A stretch of 64,000 nucleotides of DNA from Candidatus Bathyarchaeia archaeon (GCA_030019335.1 JASEET010000005.1:25962-89961); one strand, 5' to 3'; positions 9,463 to 20,009 are shown, numbered from the stretch's first letter. Numbers and translations are program-made. Notes: generated by a model not told the origin, from the letters alone.

Positions 9463-10440
9463 TCAACTGGAAGCTAGTAGTTTTCTTAAAGCTTCTGATA
9501 GAGCTGGGACTATTTCGTATAAGTCGCCAATGACAATGTAATCGGCCATCTCCATTATTGGTGCTTCTGGGTCTCTATTGATAGCCGCTATTATCTTAGA
9601 GTCGCGTATTCCAGCCACATGCTGGATTACCCCGGAAATCCCGCATGCAATGTAAAGCTTTGGCTTGATAGTGTGCCCTGACAATCCTACCCATTCTGTG
9701 AACCATTTTCTATCTTCAACTAATGGTCGGGTGTATCCGACTTGTCCACCCAGTATCTGGGCTAGTTCATCGAGAATTTTGAAGTCTTCTTTCTTTTCGA
9801 GTCCCCTTCCGCCTCCAATAACCACTTCCGCCTCTTCGATTCTGGTCTCGGCTATTTCTATTGGTTTAACTTTAACAATTTCGGTTTTTGCCACTTCAAG
9901 TTGTACATCGCTTATGTCAACAACTTCGCCTTTGCTTTCTTCTGTATATTTGAGTTTTTCGAATCTTCTGCGAGGTATAGTAACTATTTGCGGCTTAGTA
10001 CGGAAAACTTGGGTTACTATGGCGTTTCCACCGTAGACGATTCGTTCTGCGAGCAGTCTGCCTTGTTCATCAACTTTTAACTCCAAGCAGTCTGAGACGC
10101 ATCCAGCATTAAGCCGAGCGGCAAGTCGGGCGGCAAGTTCTTTTCCTCTTTTGGTAGAACCCATCAGAAACAGTTCAGGCTTGTGCTGTTTAGTTAATTG
10201 GGTTAAAGCACTTAGATAAGGTTCAACGTGAAATACCTTTAGTTGCGGGTTGTCTACTACGATGACTTTGTGAGCGCCATAACCGATTAGCTCTTTTACT
10301 TGTTTTTTAATATCATGTCCCAACATAACTGCTGTTAGTTGCGTCTGCAGTTTGCCTGCTAATCTGCTTCCTTTGCCAAGTAATTCAAGCATCAAGTCCT
10401 TATTTTCTGAGTATGCCCAGACTCCACGATGTTCGCTCAA
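9463..10440 (-). CDS. etfA: electron transfer flavoprotein alpha subunit
   Basis: 325 aa. The C-terminal FAD-binding block PKLYIACGISGVIQHVAGI...IAAINRDPEAPI is typical of EtfA. Confidence 0.9.
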   Translation of the reverse strand: MSEHRGVWAYSENKDLMLELLGKGSRLAGKLQTQLTAVMLGHDIKKQVKELIGYGAHKVIVVDNPQLKVFHVEPYLSALTQLTKQHKPELFLMGSTKRGKELAARLAARLNAGCVSDCLELKVDEQGRLLAERIVYGGNAIVTQVFRTKPQIVTIPRRRFEKLKYTEESKGEVVDISDVQLEVAKTEIVKVKPIEIAETRIEEAEVVIGGGRGLEKKEDFKILDELAQILGGQVGYTRPLVEDRKWFTEWVGLSGHTIKPKLYIACGISGVIQHVAGIRDSKIIAAINRDPEAPIMEMADYIVIGDLYEIVPALSEALRKLLASS

Positions 10441-10446
10441 CCGTTT

Positions 10447-11241
10447 TCACCTCACTATAATCCCTTCTTGAATCAGTGTTTTCGCTAACTTCTCTGCAAT
10501 CTCCATGGCAGTTTCTCCCTTTATGACAATTTTTTTACGTTCCACCTTAGGTGCAAGAACATCTAGCACCTGAACCGCTGAGCCCGCTTCACCCACTTTT
10601 TCGCTTGGAATGTTAAGGTCTGCAGCTTTCCATATCACAATTTCTTTCTTGAATGCCTTCATGATTGCCATGTATGAGGGAGTACGAGGTTCATTGATTT
10701 CCTTCGTCACGGTTACTAAAACCGGCATTTTTGCTCTCACAGTCTCAGAGCAGTCTTCTAAACCTCGCTCAGCAGTAACAGTGTCTCCTTCGAGACTAAG
10801 TTTTCTTGCATAGGTTATCAATGGAATGCCCAATCGCTCGGCTAAGCGCGGTCCAATCTGCGCCGAGAAACTGTCAATTGAGGCTTCGCCGCATAAAATG
10901 ATGTCGAAAGCGCCTATCTTTTTAATCGCTTCAGCAAGAACATAGGAGGTTGCCAATGTGTCAGAGTTTTCAAAGATTGAATCATTTATTAGGTAAGCCT
11001 TGTCAGCGCCCATTGCTAGGGCTTCCCTTAATGTTGTTTTGGCATCTTCTGGACCAGTAGTCACCGTGAGGACTTCGCCTCCGAGCTTCTCTTTGATGCG
11101 TATGGCTTCTTCTAGGGCATTTTTGTCGAAGTCACTTATCTTTTTGGGCGCATCCGCAATGATTAAACGTCTCGTAGCTGAGTCAACCTTTAGCTGAGAG
11201 ACATCTATGGCTTGTTTTACACAAACTAGGATTCTAACCAT
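10447..11241 (-). CDS. etfB: electron transfer flavoprotein beta subunit
   Basis: 264 aa. ILVCVKQAIDV..., DFDKNALEEAIRIKE and GADKAYLI...DTLATSYVLA match EtfB. Confidence 0.9.
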   Translation of the reverse strand: MVRILVCVKQAIDVSQLKVDSATRRLIIADAPKKISDFDKNALEEAIRIKEKLGGEVLTVTTGPEDAKTTLREALAMGADKAYLINDSIFENSDTLATSYVLAEAIKKIGAFDIILCGEASIDSFSAQIGPRLAERLGIPLITYARKLSLEGDTVTAERGLEDCSETVRAKMPVLVTVTKEINEPRTPSYMAIMKAFKKEIVIWKAADLNIPSEKVGEAGSAVQVLDVLAPKVERKKIVIKGETAMEIAEKLAKTLIQEGIIVR

Positions 11242-11492
11242 TTTAAAGTCTCCCCGGTGAGGACTCTAATCGTTTGTTTAACGGTTTAATAAATTTTTTC
11301 AAGACAGAGGCTCTACCTAACCATGGAAGGCTTCGACAATCTTATAAACAAACTATTTCCCTCGCTTCGTTATCATTCTCTGGGCTGCTGCTGAAGAGAC
11401 CAAGCTTAAAAAATACGTCAATTCATACAAGAAATATAAAAAGAAGGTTGGAGTATTCATCCCGTAAAATCTAAATTATTATCGGTGTCTTC

Positions 11493-12602
11493 ATGGAGTA
11501 TGAAATTAAATGTTCAGTATGCGGTAAATCTTCTCCTAGCTTACTTAATTTCAGATGTCCTTCCTGTGGTCAACCGTTGGATCTTCAAATTCACCCTAAT
11601 TTTGAAGCTGGAAAAATTCGAAGGAGAGATTATACTGTTTGGCGGTATGCAAAGTTTTTCCCGCATGTAAAAGAGACAGAAATCGTAACTTTGGGTGAGG
11701 GTTGGACGCCTTTAGTCAAGTTTTCAAGCAACGTTTATTTCAAACTTGAAAATTTGAATCCCACCGGTTCTTTTAAGGATAGAGGCTCCACAGTACTAAT
11801 CTCAACATTGCATAAACTGATAAAAAAAGCTGGAGGCTGCATGTCTGAGGATTCTTCAGGTAATGCAGGGGCTTCTATAGCTGCTTATGCTGCTCGTGCA
11901 GGGTTAAAGGCGAAAATTTATGTTCCAGAAAATGTTTCTGGACCGAAGTTCAACCAAATCCGGTTTTATGGGGCAGGAGTTGTTAAGGTTTCAGGTGGTC
12001 GAAGCAAAGTTGCAGAGGAAGCGCAAAAAGTTGGAAGGGGAAAATTCTATGTTGGACACATACTTCATCCTTTGTTTAGGGATGGAATAAGAAGCCTTGC
12101 GTATGAAATAGCTGAGCAGCTTGGTTGGCAAATCCCAGAACGCATTTACTTGCCAGTTTCCGCTGGGACTCTGCTTTTAGGCGTTATAAGCGGTTTTAAG
12201 CATTTAGTTGAGTCCAACGCGATAGAGGCTATGCCCAAAATAGTGGCTTGCCAAACACAACAAGTTTCACCGCTTTACCATCGCTTTAGAAACTTGAGTT
12301 ACACTCCGCCGAAAAAGATTACGTCTATCGCTGATGCTTTAGTGAGTGTGAATCCTCCGCTACTAAATCTTATGGTTGAACACTTGAGGGAAGCAAATGG
12401 TGATGCTGTTATGCTTGAAGAAGACGAAATATTCAACGCTTTCGTAGAGCTTGCTAGAAAAGGGTTTTTTGTTGAACCAAGCTCAGCTGTTGCTTACGCA
12501 GCTTACACGAAGCAGCTCAAGAGCGAAGAACCATCAAAGGATGATAAGGCTGTGATAATTCTAACCGGGACGGGCTTGAAAACCATGCTTGAACCAAATT
12601 AA
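11493..12602 (+). CDS. thrC: threonine synthase-family PLP enzyme with N-terminal zinc ribbon
   Basis: CSVCGK...CPSCGQ ribbon, then NPTGSFKDRGS (PLP lysine) and SSGNAGASIAAYAA. Confidence 0.8.
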   Translation: MEYEIKCSVCGKSSPSLLNFRCPSCGQPLDLQIHPNFEAGKIRRRDYTVWRYAKFFPHVKETEIVTLGEGWTPLVKFSSNVYFKLENLNPTGSFKDRGSTVLISTLHKLIKKAGGCMSEDSSGNAGASIAAYAARAGLKAKIYVPENVSGPKFNQIRFYGAGVVKVSGGRSKVAEEAQKVGRGKFYVGHILHPLFRDGIRSLAYEIAEQLGWQIPERIYLPVSAGTLLLGVISGFKHLVESNAIEAMPKIVACQTQQVSPLYHRFRNLSYTPPKKITSIADALVSVNPPLLNLMVEHLREANGDAVMLEEDEIFNAFVELARKGFFVEPSSAVAYAAYTKQLKSEEPSKDDKAVIILTGTGLKTMLEPN

Positions 12603-12655
12603 TAATTTCCTTAGAAGTTTACATATGAAAATCTAACTTTCAGCTTTTCCTTTCA

Positions 12656-12670
12656 GAAAAACTTATATTG
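12656..12670 (+). promoter_or_regulatory. BRE/TATA-like element of the thermosome gene
   Basis: AAAAACTTATATTG. GGAGG at 12701-12705 and TTG 12716 follow at appropriate distances. Confidence 0.4.
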
Positions 12671-12715
12671 CAATGCTGTTTCTCTTATTGGCGCATTAAA
12701 GGAGGTTTGTTAGGT

Positions 12716-14362
12716 TTGTCATCAGCTGGAGGAGTTCCAGTTTTAATTTTGAAGGAAGGTTCAAGTCGCACCAGAGGAAGAGAGGCCCAACATGCAAACA
12801 TAATGGCGGCGAGAATTGTAGCAGAAACTGTGAAAAGTGCTCTAGGACCGAAAGGCATGGATAAAATGCTTGTTGACAGCTTCGGCGATGTGACAATAAC
12901 AAGCGATGGACGCACAATCCTTGATGAGATGGACATTCAGCATCCAGCAGCCAAGATGATGGTTGAAGTTGCGAAAACACAGGACAATGAAGCCGGTGAC
13001 GGAACAACAACAGCTGTGGTTTTAGCAGGCGAACTGCTAAACAAGGCAGAAGAGCTAATCGAGAAAAATGTTCATCCAACAATAATAATTGACGGATACA
13101 AAAAAGCCTCGGAAAAAATACTGGAAGTTTTAGAGAAAATAGCAATACCAGTGGAGCCAAATGCTGAAGAATATTTGAAAAAGACTGCGATGACTTCTAT
13201 GGCAAGCAAATTGGTGGCTGAGCATAGAGGATACTTGGCTGATGTGGCGGTTAAAGCAATTCTTCAAGTTGCTGAAAAAGAAAATGGTAAATACAAGGTG
13301 GATGTGGATGATGTCAAAGTTGAAAAGAAACCGGGTGAATCAGTGAGAGATACGAAGTTAATTAGCGGCATAGTTTTAGACAAAGAAATTGTGCATTCTG
13401 GAATGCCTAAACATTTAGAAAACGCAAAAATAGCGTTACTGGATTGTGCACTTGAGATTGAGAAGACAGAATTTGACGCAAAAATCAACATTGAAAGCCC
13501 GGAACAAATGGAGGCATTCCTAAAACAGGAAGAAACAATGCTGCGGGAGATGGTTAATAAGATAACTGCAGCAGGTGCAAATGTTGTCTTGTGCCAAAAG
13601 GGTATTGACGATATGGCTCAACACTTCTTAGCGAGAAAAGGAACACTTGTAGTGCGGAGAATTAAAGAATCAGATATGGAGAAGCTTGCGAAAGCCACTG
13701 GTGGAAAAATAATAACAAACTTGGATTACGTAAATCCGGCAGATTTGGGCTATGCAAGTCTTGTTGAGGAACGCAAAATAGGCGACGACAAAATGACTTT
13801 CATAGAAGGATGCAAGCACCCTCATGCCGTTACAATTTTGATAAGGGGTGGAACACAACGCATTGTGGACGAAGCGGAACGTTCATTACATGATGCTTTA
13901 TGTGTAGTTCGAGACATAGTTGAAGAACCAAAAGTCTTAGCTGGTGGTGGAGCACCAGAGCTCGAAGTTTCGCGTGCACTCAAGAAATATGCGGAAACCC
14001 TTCCGGGAAGAGAGCAACTCGCGGTTAAATGCTTTGCAGAAGCCCTAGAGGCTGTTCCCGTAACGTTGACTGAAAATGCTGGTTTAGACCCAATAGACAT
14101 ACTGTCTGAGCTGAGGGCGAGACACGAAAAGGGTGAAACATGGACTGGAATAGAGGTTCACTCTGGCAAAGTTCGAGACATGACTGAGGTAGGAGTTTTC
14201 GAACCATTAGCTGTCAAGAAGCAAATAATCAAGTCAGCAACAGAAGCCGCTTCAATGATACTGAAAATAGATGATGTAATCGCTGCTGGTAAGATGAAGG
14301 CTCCGCCAATGCCTCCAGGAGGACCCCCTGGTGGGATGGGACCAGGCGCCGGAGTGTATTAA
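12716..14362 (+). CDS. ths: thermosome (group II chaperonin) subunit
   Basis: [44 protein letters not shown] and a C-terminal GGMGPGAG tail. The track start 12668 lies inside the TATA element; TTG 12716 or 12707 after GGAGG is more likely. Confidence 0.93.
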   Translation: MSSAGGVPVLILKEGSSRTRGREAQHANIMAARIVAETVKSALGPKGMDKMLVDSFGDVTITSDGRTILDEMDIQHPAAKMMVEVAKTQDNEAGDGTTTAVVLAGELLNKAEELIEKNVHPTIIIDGYKKASEKILEVLEKIAIPVEPNAEEYLKKTAMTSMASKLVAEHRGYLADVAVKAILQVAEKENGKYKVDVDDVKVEKKPGESVRDTKLISGIVLDKEIVHSGMPKHLENAKIALLDCALEIEKTEFDAKINIESPEQMEAFLKQEETMLREMVNKITAAGANVVLCQKGIDDMAQHFLARKGTLVVRRIKESDMEKLAKATGGKIITNLDYVNPADLGYASLVEERKIGDDKMTFIEGCKHPHAVTILIRGGTQRIVDEAERSLHDALCVVRDIVEEPKVLAGGGAPELEVSRALKKYAETLPGREQLAVKCFAEALEAVPVTLTENAGLDPIDILSELRARHEKGETWTGIEVHSGKVRDMTEVGVFEPLAVKKQIIKSATEAASMILKIDDVIAAGKMKAPPMPPGGPPGGMGPGAGVY

Positions 14363-14389
14363 GATACGGCTAAGAAAGAGAAGAAAATT

Positions 14390-14623
14390 TTGATAGGGCC
14401 CCCAAAGCTTACCCGCTTCGAAAAAGCTCGGATAGTGGGCGCTAGGGCTCTCCAAATATCAATGGGTGCCCCCATACTTGTTGAGGTCTCGGAAGGCTTT
14501 TCAAGTCCGATAGATATAGCATTGAAAGAACTTGAGGCAAACATCTTACCAATAACTATCAGGCGAACATTGCCCGACGGCACCTATCAAGATATTCCAC
14601 TAAAATGGCTTTTAGAAAAATAA
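14390..14623 (+). CDS. rpoK: DNA-directed RNA polymerase subunit K (Rpo6)
   Basis: [25 protein letters not shown] is the Rpb6/RpoK signature; TTG start. Confidence 0.85.
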   Translation: MIGPPKLTRFEKARIVGARALQISMGAPILVEVSEGFSSPIDIALKELEANILPITIRRTLPDGTYQDIPLKWLLEK

Positions 14624-14754
14624 CCGCGCTTTTCTCAAACGTCGTCTTCTTGCTTAACTTTTAAAATGGCGGAGACGGTCGGAGGAATCCTTTGCTGTTC
14701 CTCCTTCGCCAGCATAGAATAATAGTAAACGGTTATTTATGCTGGAAGAAATGG

Positions 14755-15243
14755 TTACTTTTTGTTTTGAGTTTTCTTTAAGATTTCTTTTGCTGTTTCA
14801 AGTGTTTTTCTTATTCTTGTCCAATGGGCTCCTTGCCAGTAGATTTGTCCGCATTTTGGGCATTTCCAAAACTTGTTGTAATGTGAAAACGTGCTTTTCT
14901 CAATTTTGTCTGCTACTTTTTCTTTGGGTATTGGTTTTACTCGGGTGTTGCATTTTGGGCATCTTGATGTTGTCATGTCTATTTCTAATTTGATGTTGAA
15001 CCTTTGTGTAAGTTGTGCGAGTTTTTCTGCTTCTGTTTTTCCGCCTAGATAGAAGGCGTCAACTCCTTTTGCTGTGGCTTGTTGGTAAAGCTCTAAGTCC
15101 CTTGTAAGCAGGATTCTTCTTTCCTTTTTGGCTATCATGATTAGTTGGGCATCGTCAAGTTTGTTTGAGTATTTCACGTTGTGCCCTAGCATTCGAAGCC
15201 AACGTGTAAGTTTTCCAAGCATCCCATCGGCAATGAACTTCAA
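14755..15243 (-). CDS. Mut7-C RNase-domain (PIN-like + Zn-ribbon) protein
   Basis: MKFIADGMLGKLTRWLRMLGHNV N-terminus and CPKCN...CPKCGQIYWQGAHW C-terminus. Confidence 0.8.
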   Translation of the reverse strand: MKFIADGMLGKLTRWLRMLGHNVKYSNKLDDAQLIMIAKKERRILLTRDLELYQQATAKGVDAFYLGGKTEAEKLAQLTQRFNIKLEIDMTTSRCPKCNTRVKPIPKEKVADKIEKSTFSHYNKFWKCPKCGQIYWQGAHWTRIRKTLETAKEILKKTQNKK

Positions 15244-15246
15244 AGT

Positions 15247-16587
15247 TTATTCTCTCCGAATTATTTTTCCGCTTCCTGCCTTAGCTACGATTTCTTCTTC
15301 ATCCATGATTAATTGACCGTTAACGAATGTTTTAACTGGTTTTCCTTCAACTGTCCATCCGTCAAACGGGGAGTATTTCGCTTTTGAGTGGAATTTTGTT
15401 GCGTCAATTCTGTATTTTTTATCTAAATCTACAACCACTAAATCTGCGTTATTTCCCTCTTTCAAATAGCCTCTACCTTTCAACCTGAAGATTTCAGCAG
15501 GGTTTTCTGAAATTAACCTAACTACATCAGCTATTGATAATCGTCCACGTTTCACCTCTGTGAGCAATAGTGGAAGAGTTGTTTCTAAGCTTGGTATGCC
15601 AACCTTGACATCCCAAACAAGCTTTGCTTTCTTCTCTCCTAAAGTGTGTGGCGCATGGTCTGAAGCCAAGATGTCAATCCAACCATTTTTGACTCCGTTC
15701 CAGAGGGCTATTGTATGGTGTTTTTCTCGAACAGGCGGCATGGTCAATGCCAGTGTTCCGATTCGCCTTAAATCGTCAGTGGACAAAAATAGATGATGCG
15801 GCGTTGTTTCGCATGTTACTGGTAGTCCTAATTTTTTTCCATCAATTACTGCTTCTAATCCTTTTTCTGTGCTTATGTGACAAAAATGCACCTGTGTGCT
15901 GGTTTGTTTGGCGATGTTTAGCAAGCGTTTCACGGCTTTCACCTCTGCACTTTCTGAATGTGCCTTGAGAAATGCCTCGATATCGTTGCGGTTGGAACGC
16001 TTAAGCTTCCCTTCAGCTCTTTCTAATGTTGCTTTGTCTTCTGCGTGAACAGCGACTGGAACCTTCAATCTGCTAACGGTTTTGAACGCTTCTAACAAGG
16101 CATAATCGTCATTAATGTTTAATCCGCCAACCTGCTCAGCCATAAAAAGCTTAAAAGCCACAGCTCCTTCTCTAACTATTTCCTCAGTTTCCCTCGTGTT
16201 TCTTGGAAATTCGGAGTAAAAGCCGATGTTAACCAAAACTTTCTTTTCAGCGATTTTCATTCGGTTCCTCAAGTTTTCTGCACTCATTGTCACTGGGTCA
16301 TTGTTGGGCATGTCCAAAACTGTTGTCACTCCACCTGCGGCGGCGGAGGCTGTTCCGCTGTAAAAATCTTCTTTGTACGTTTTTCCTTCATCTCGAAGAT
16401 GCACATGAACATCTATTAAACCGGGTAAAACCAAGAGATTTTTTAGGTTGATTTTTGCCTCTGCTTTAGGCATGCTTATTTCTTTGCCTATTTTGAGGAT
16501 TTTTCCTTTGTTTATTGCTAGGCTGCAGTCCACTATTTTGTTATTTATGTAGGCTTTCGTGTTGCTTAGGACTAGGTCAACAATCAA
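15247..16587 (-). CDS. pyrC: dihydroorotase (amidohydrolase superfamily)
   Basis: GLIDVHVHLRDEG, AVHAED and ILASDHAPH metal-ligand motifs. Confidence 0.8.
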   Translation of the reverse strand: MIVDLVLSNTKAYINNKIVDCSLAINKGKILKIGKEISMPKAEAKINLKNLLVLPGLIDVHVHLRDEGKTYKEDFYSGTASAAAGGVTTVLDMPNNDPVTMSAENLRNRMKIAEKKVLVNIGFYSEFPRNTRETEEIVREGAVAFKLFMAEQVGGLNINDDYALLEAFKTVSRLKVPVAVHAEDKATLERAEGKLKRSNRNDIEAFLKAHSESAEVKAVKRLLNIAKQTSTQVHFCHISTEKGLEAVIDGKKLGLPVTCETTPHHLFLSTDDLRRIGTLALTMPPVREKHHTIALWNGVKNGWIDILASDHAPHTLGEKKAKLVWDVKVGIPSLETTLPLLLTEVKRGRLSIADVVRLISENPAEIFRLKGRGYLKEGNNADLVVVDLDKKYRIDATKFHSKAKYSPFDGWTVEGKPVKTFVNGQLIMDEEEIVAKAGSGKIIRRE

Positions 16588-16637
16588 GTTGATCGGCTCT
16601 CTTGTTATTGGAATAAAGTGGAATAGAATGTTAAAGT

Positions 16638-17546
16638 TTATTCTATTATTTTGAAGAAATCTCTTTCCGTTATTATGCCTATGAGTTTTTCGTTTTTGAC
16701 CACTGGTAAAGCGCCTATTTTTTTCTCTTGCATTATTTTTGCTGCTTGACCGACATCTGCGTTTGGCTCAATTGTTGATACCTCTTTTGTTGCTATTTCA
16801 AGTGCATGTGTGTTCAAAACCTGTATTATGGTTCCAGACCGTAGATATTTGAAGACTTCTCCGGAGCCGAAGAACCGTATAATATCCATGGCTGTTATTA
16901 TGCCTACTACTTTGCTATCGGAGATTATTGGCAGTCTTCTGAATCCTTGTGTTGTCATTGTTTTTTCGGCTTCAAAGATTGTTGTTTTGGGTGATGCTGT
17001 GACTACTTTTTTGGACATTAGTTGAGCAACGTTTACGCCGCTTATTCTATCAGCGAACATGTTGGCAATGTCTCTCTCCGTGATTATTGCTCTTACACGG
17101 TTTTCATTGTCAACCACAGGTAAACCGCCGAGGTTTTTTTCTTTCATTAATTTTATTGCTTCGCTTATTTTTGCAGAAGTTTTAACTGAAACAACTTTTT
17201 TGGTTATTACGAGTTTTATGGGCTCGTTTATGGCTTTGAAAATGTTTCCTCCAAATTTTTGTTGAATTATTTGGAATTTTTTTCCGCCGCCTAGGTAATT
17301 GATTATGTCTGTGGCTGTTATGATTCCTTCTAACGTTCTTGTTCCTGGGTTAGCGATTGGAATGCGTCGGAATCCTTCCTTGGTCATTATTTGTATACCA
17401 TCGTAAATGGGTGTTGTTGGAGCCATTGTGACAACGGGGCTTTTTGCAACATGTAATATTTCGCCTTCACGTTTTTTCGGGGGATGAGTTTTTAAAGAGA
17501 GCGGGCCCTTCCCCCTTAACGACCTTCTAAAACTTTCTCTACTCAA
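16638..17546 (-). CDS. CBS-domain protein (four CBS repeats)
   Basis: Repeated ...GFRRIPI / GGLPVVD / GFRRLPI / GALPVV blocks. Confidence 0.85.
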   Translation of the reverse strand: MSRESFRRSLRGKGPLSLKTHPPKKREGEILHVAKSPVVTMAPTTPIYDGIQIMTKEGFRRIPIANPGTRTLEGIITATDIINYLGGGKKFQIIQQKFGGNIFKAINEPIKLVITKKVVSVKTSAKISEAIKLMKEKNLGGLPVVDNENRVRAIITERDIANMFADRISGVNVAQLMSKKVVTASPKTTIFEAEKTMTTQGFRRLPIISDSKVVGIITAMDIIRFFGSGEVFKYLRSGTIIQVLNTHALEIATKEVSTIEPNADVGQAAKIMQEKKIGALPVVKNEKLIGIITERDFFKIIE

Positions 17547-17558
17547 ATTTTTCCCTTC

Positions 17559-18326
17559 TTATTTAACAAGAAGCTTAACAATGTCTTCACGGTCAACTAT
17601 ACCAATTAACCTTCCGTTGCCGTCTTTTATTGGTATTCTTCCAATGTTTTTTGAAATCATTAGTTTGGCGACTTCGCTGATTCTGGTTGACGGTTTTGCG
17701 GCTATAACTGTTGTGTTCATTATTGAAGAAATTTTGGAGGTAGCTCGGAAACGTCCTTTTTGAGATTCGAAGGTAGGCAGCGTTGTTCCGCTTTCCAGAA
17801 GGTCTTTTTGTGTAATAATGCCTACCAGTTTGTCCTTTTTGACTACTGGCAGTCCAGCGAAGGATTGGTTTTGCATTAGACGCCAAACGTTATCAATCTC
17901 ATCATCTGGAGAGCATGCAACAACGTTTTTTGACATGATTTCTGAAACTGGTTTTGAGAGTTTGTTTGGGTTTGCTTTGAGCGAAGTCTCAATGAAGTTT
18001 TCTAAGCCTAAAACTCCCCTGTAGGTTTTGTCTTGAGCCGAGTTTACGATGGGCACGTACCATTCGTCTAGTCGAATCATTTTTTTAACGGTGGAAGCAG
18101 CATCGTCTTCCATTGCTGCTATGTGCTTTGGTGCGGTCATTATGCCCTTAACTTTTATGGGTGAAACAGAAGAGGAAATAGCCATTACGTCGCCGCGTGA
18201 AACTATGCCTAACAGTTTTTTGTTTTCTTTCACTACTGGGAGAATTCTTAAGGCGAAATCCCTTATTATTGCACGGGCTTTTGTGGCGAGTTCATCGTCA
18301 TAAATAAACGGGTGCTTCTTGTCCAT
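17559..18326 (-). CDS. CBS-domain protein (four CBS repeats)
   Basis: CBS blocks are present. The track start 18443 overlaps the upstream gene with an Arg-rich artefactual extension; ATG 18326 (MDKKHPF) is preferred. Confidence 0.8.
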   Translation of the reverse strand: MDKKHPFIYDDELATKARAIIRDFALRILPVVKENKKLLGIVSRGDVMAISSSVSPIKVKGIMTAPKHIAAMEDDAASTVKKMIRLDEWYVPIVNSAQDKTYRGVLGLENFIETSLKANPNKLSKPVSEIMSKNVVACSPDDEIDNVWRLMQNQSFAGLPVVKKDKLVGIITQKDLLESGTTLPTFESQKGRFRATSKISSIMNTTVIAAKPSTRISEVAKLMISKNIGRIPIKDGNGRLIGIVDREDIVKLLVK

Positions 18327-18355
18327 AATTTCTTTAACACGCAAACAACCGCCTC

Positions 18356-18943
18356 TCACTCTGCGCTTTCTAATTCGATTCTGCAGTCTTCGCAGAGAAA
18401 ATCTCCGTTGGTTTCTTTTAAGGTGTCTGACCAAGCACCGCAACGGTCGCAGTATCCGGCGAGGGGTGTGGATTCCTCTGTTGTTGCTTCTTGGGCTCTG
18501 TTTTCTCCTTCTATGAGTGCCTGTTCTTGGATGATTTCTATGAGTTCGGGCATGACTCCTAAGATGTCTTTGCTTGAGAGTACTCCGATTAGTTGTCCCT
18601 TGTATATGACTCCTAATCTTCTAATGTTTAGTCTGCTCATTCTTCTGGCGGCTTCGCTTATCTTTTCATCGGGCTCTATTGTGATTAGAGGTGTGGTCAT
18701 AACTTCTTTAGCTTTTAGAGAGTCGGGTTTGACATTTTTAGCTAAAACCCTTCTAACTAAATCCCTTTCCGTGATTATTCCAAGTGGTTTTCCCTCTTTG
18801 CTTGTCACTATTATGCAGCCCAAACCATGTTTATCCATGAGTTCTGCAACTTGATTTGCTGGTGCGTCTTCATCTATTGTTATTACTGGGCTGCTCATAA
18901 CATCTTTAGCCAGCATTCGAGACCTTAACCCAATGTCTGACAT
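18356..18943 (-). CDS. CBS-pair protein with C-terminal CxxC...CxxC zinc ribbon
   Basis: Two CBS repeats followed by AGYCDRCGAWSD...FLCEDCRIE. ATG 18943 (MSDIG) is preceded by an A/T-rich TATA-like tract. Confidence 0.8.
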   Translation of the reverse strand: MSDIGLRSRMLAKDVMSSPVITIDEDAPANQVAELMDKHGLGCIIVTSKEGKPLGIITERDLVRRVLAKNVKPDSLKAKEVMTTPLITIEPDEKISEAARRMSRLNIRRLGVIYKGQLIGVLSSKDILGVMPELIEIIQEQALIEGENRAQEATTEESTPLAGYCDRCGAWSDTLKETNGDFLCEDCRIELESAE

Positions 18944-19118
18944 TGTTCTCAACCACTTAAATGATGTATACTTTGTTAAGCTTGCTTCACTCAACTCAAA
19001 ATAAACATCCCACATTTAAAACTTGTTATGTTTCGCGCAGATACAATAGTTGCTGGCTGGGTGAAGTTTTATTAGCATCTGCTGGCTAATGCACCTAGTC
19101 TAATACGGGGAAAATAAT

Positions 19119-20009
19119 ATGTTAAAAACAAATGTTGATAAATTGGTAAAAATCTCGGTTGTCGGCGAGGTAGCCAGCCCAGTTTTCGGAAGAGCAATCT
19201 ATAGGATTTCAGCTCAAGGCACTCCACTTGTTTTGCCAGGAGTCGGAGGAATCACGTACAATGTGAGGGTAGGCGACTTGGCGTGTGGATGGGAAGCAGA
19301 CCATGTTGAACCGGGCGTAAGCATAGAAAACAAAGAAAGCGACCCCCGTTTTGCACAGGCTGCAAACGCAGCCTTGAATGTGCTTTCATGTGTTGGAAAT
19401 GAGGCAGTGGTGGTTATGGGTGATGCGAAAGGTGCAAAGGGAGTTGTGACTGGAAAACATGGTGGAATAGAGCATGTGTTGGTGGATTTTCAGCTTGAAA
19501 CCCTTGAGAAACTCATGCCTGGCGACAAAGTGCTTGTGAAAGCCTTCGGCGTGGGCTTGAAACTTTTGGATTATCCCGATATAAAGGTGATGAATATGGA
19601 CCCGCGCTTTCTTGAGGCTTTAGGTCCGAAACCAAGTGGTGACAAATTGGAGGTTCCGGTTACACATGTAATTCCGGCGATGATAATGGGTTCAGGTTTG
19701 GGAGCTAACCACACATATTCTGGGGATTATGACATCCAGCTTTTTGATGAAAATGTTAGGAAGCAGTATGGGCTTGATGATTTGAGGCTCGGTGACTTGG
19801 TAGCCATAAGAGACGCGGATCATTCTTATGGTAGAATATACAAGCAGGGTGCTATATCAGTTGGTATTGTTGTGCATACGAATTGTGTGTCGTCTGGTCA
19901 TGGACCTGGGGTTACAACTTTGTTTACGTCTTCTACTGGTAAGATAGTTCCGAAAGTTGATGCAAAGGCTAATATTGCTTCCATTTTTAGGTTGAGGACA
20001 GATATATAA
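19119..20009 (+). CDS. conserved hypothetical protein (resembles the DUF4438 family from memory)
   Basis: 296-aa ORF with good coding character; no catalytic motif recognised. Confidence 0.45.
   Translation: MLKTNVDKLVKISVVGEVASPVFGRAIYRISAQGTPLVLPGVGGITYNVRVGDLACGWEADHVEPGVSIENKESDPRFAQAANAALNVLSCVGNEAVVVMGDAKGAKGVVTGKHGGIEHVLVDFQLETLEKLMPGDKVLVKAFGVGLKLLDYPDIKVMNMDPRFLEALGPKPSGDKLEVPVTHVIPAMIMGSGLGANHTYSGDYDIQLFDENVRKQYGLDDLRLGDLVAIRDADHSYGRIYKQGAISVGIVVHTNCVSSGHGPGVTTLFTSSTGKIVPKVDAKANIASIFRLRTDI

Noticed and set aside
12668-12715. Extended thermosome N-terminus ([16 protein letters not shown]...) from the track start.
   Set aside because: The TTG at 12668 lies within the TATA-like element CTTATATTG. 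GGAGG at 12701 followed by TTG 12707/12716 gives the canonical thermosome N-terminus.
14640-14740. Short ORFs (16-25 codons) on both strands in the gap between rpoK and the Mut7-C gene.
   Set aside because: No SD or promoter elements and no recognisable similarity. The gap is the convergent 3' region of two genes.
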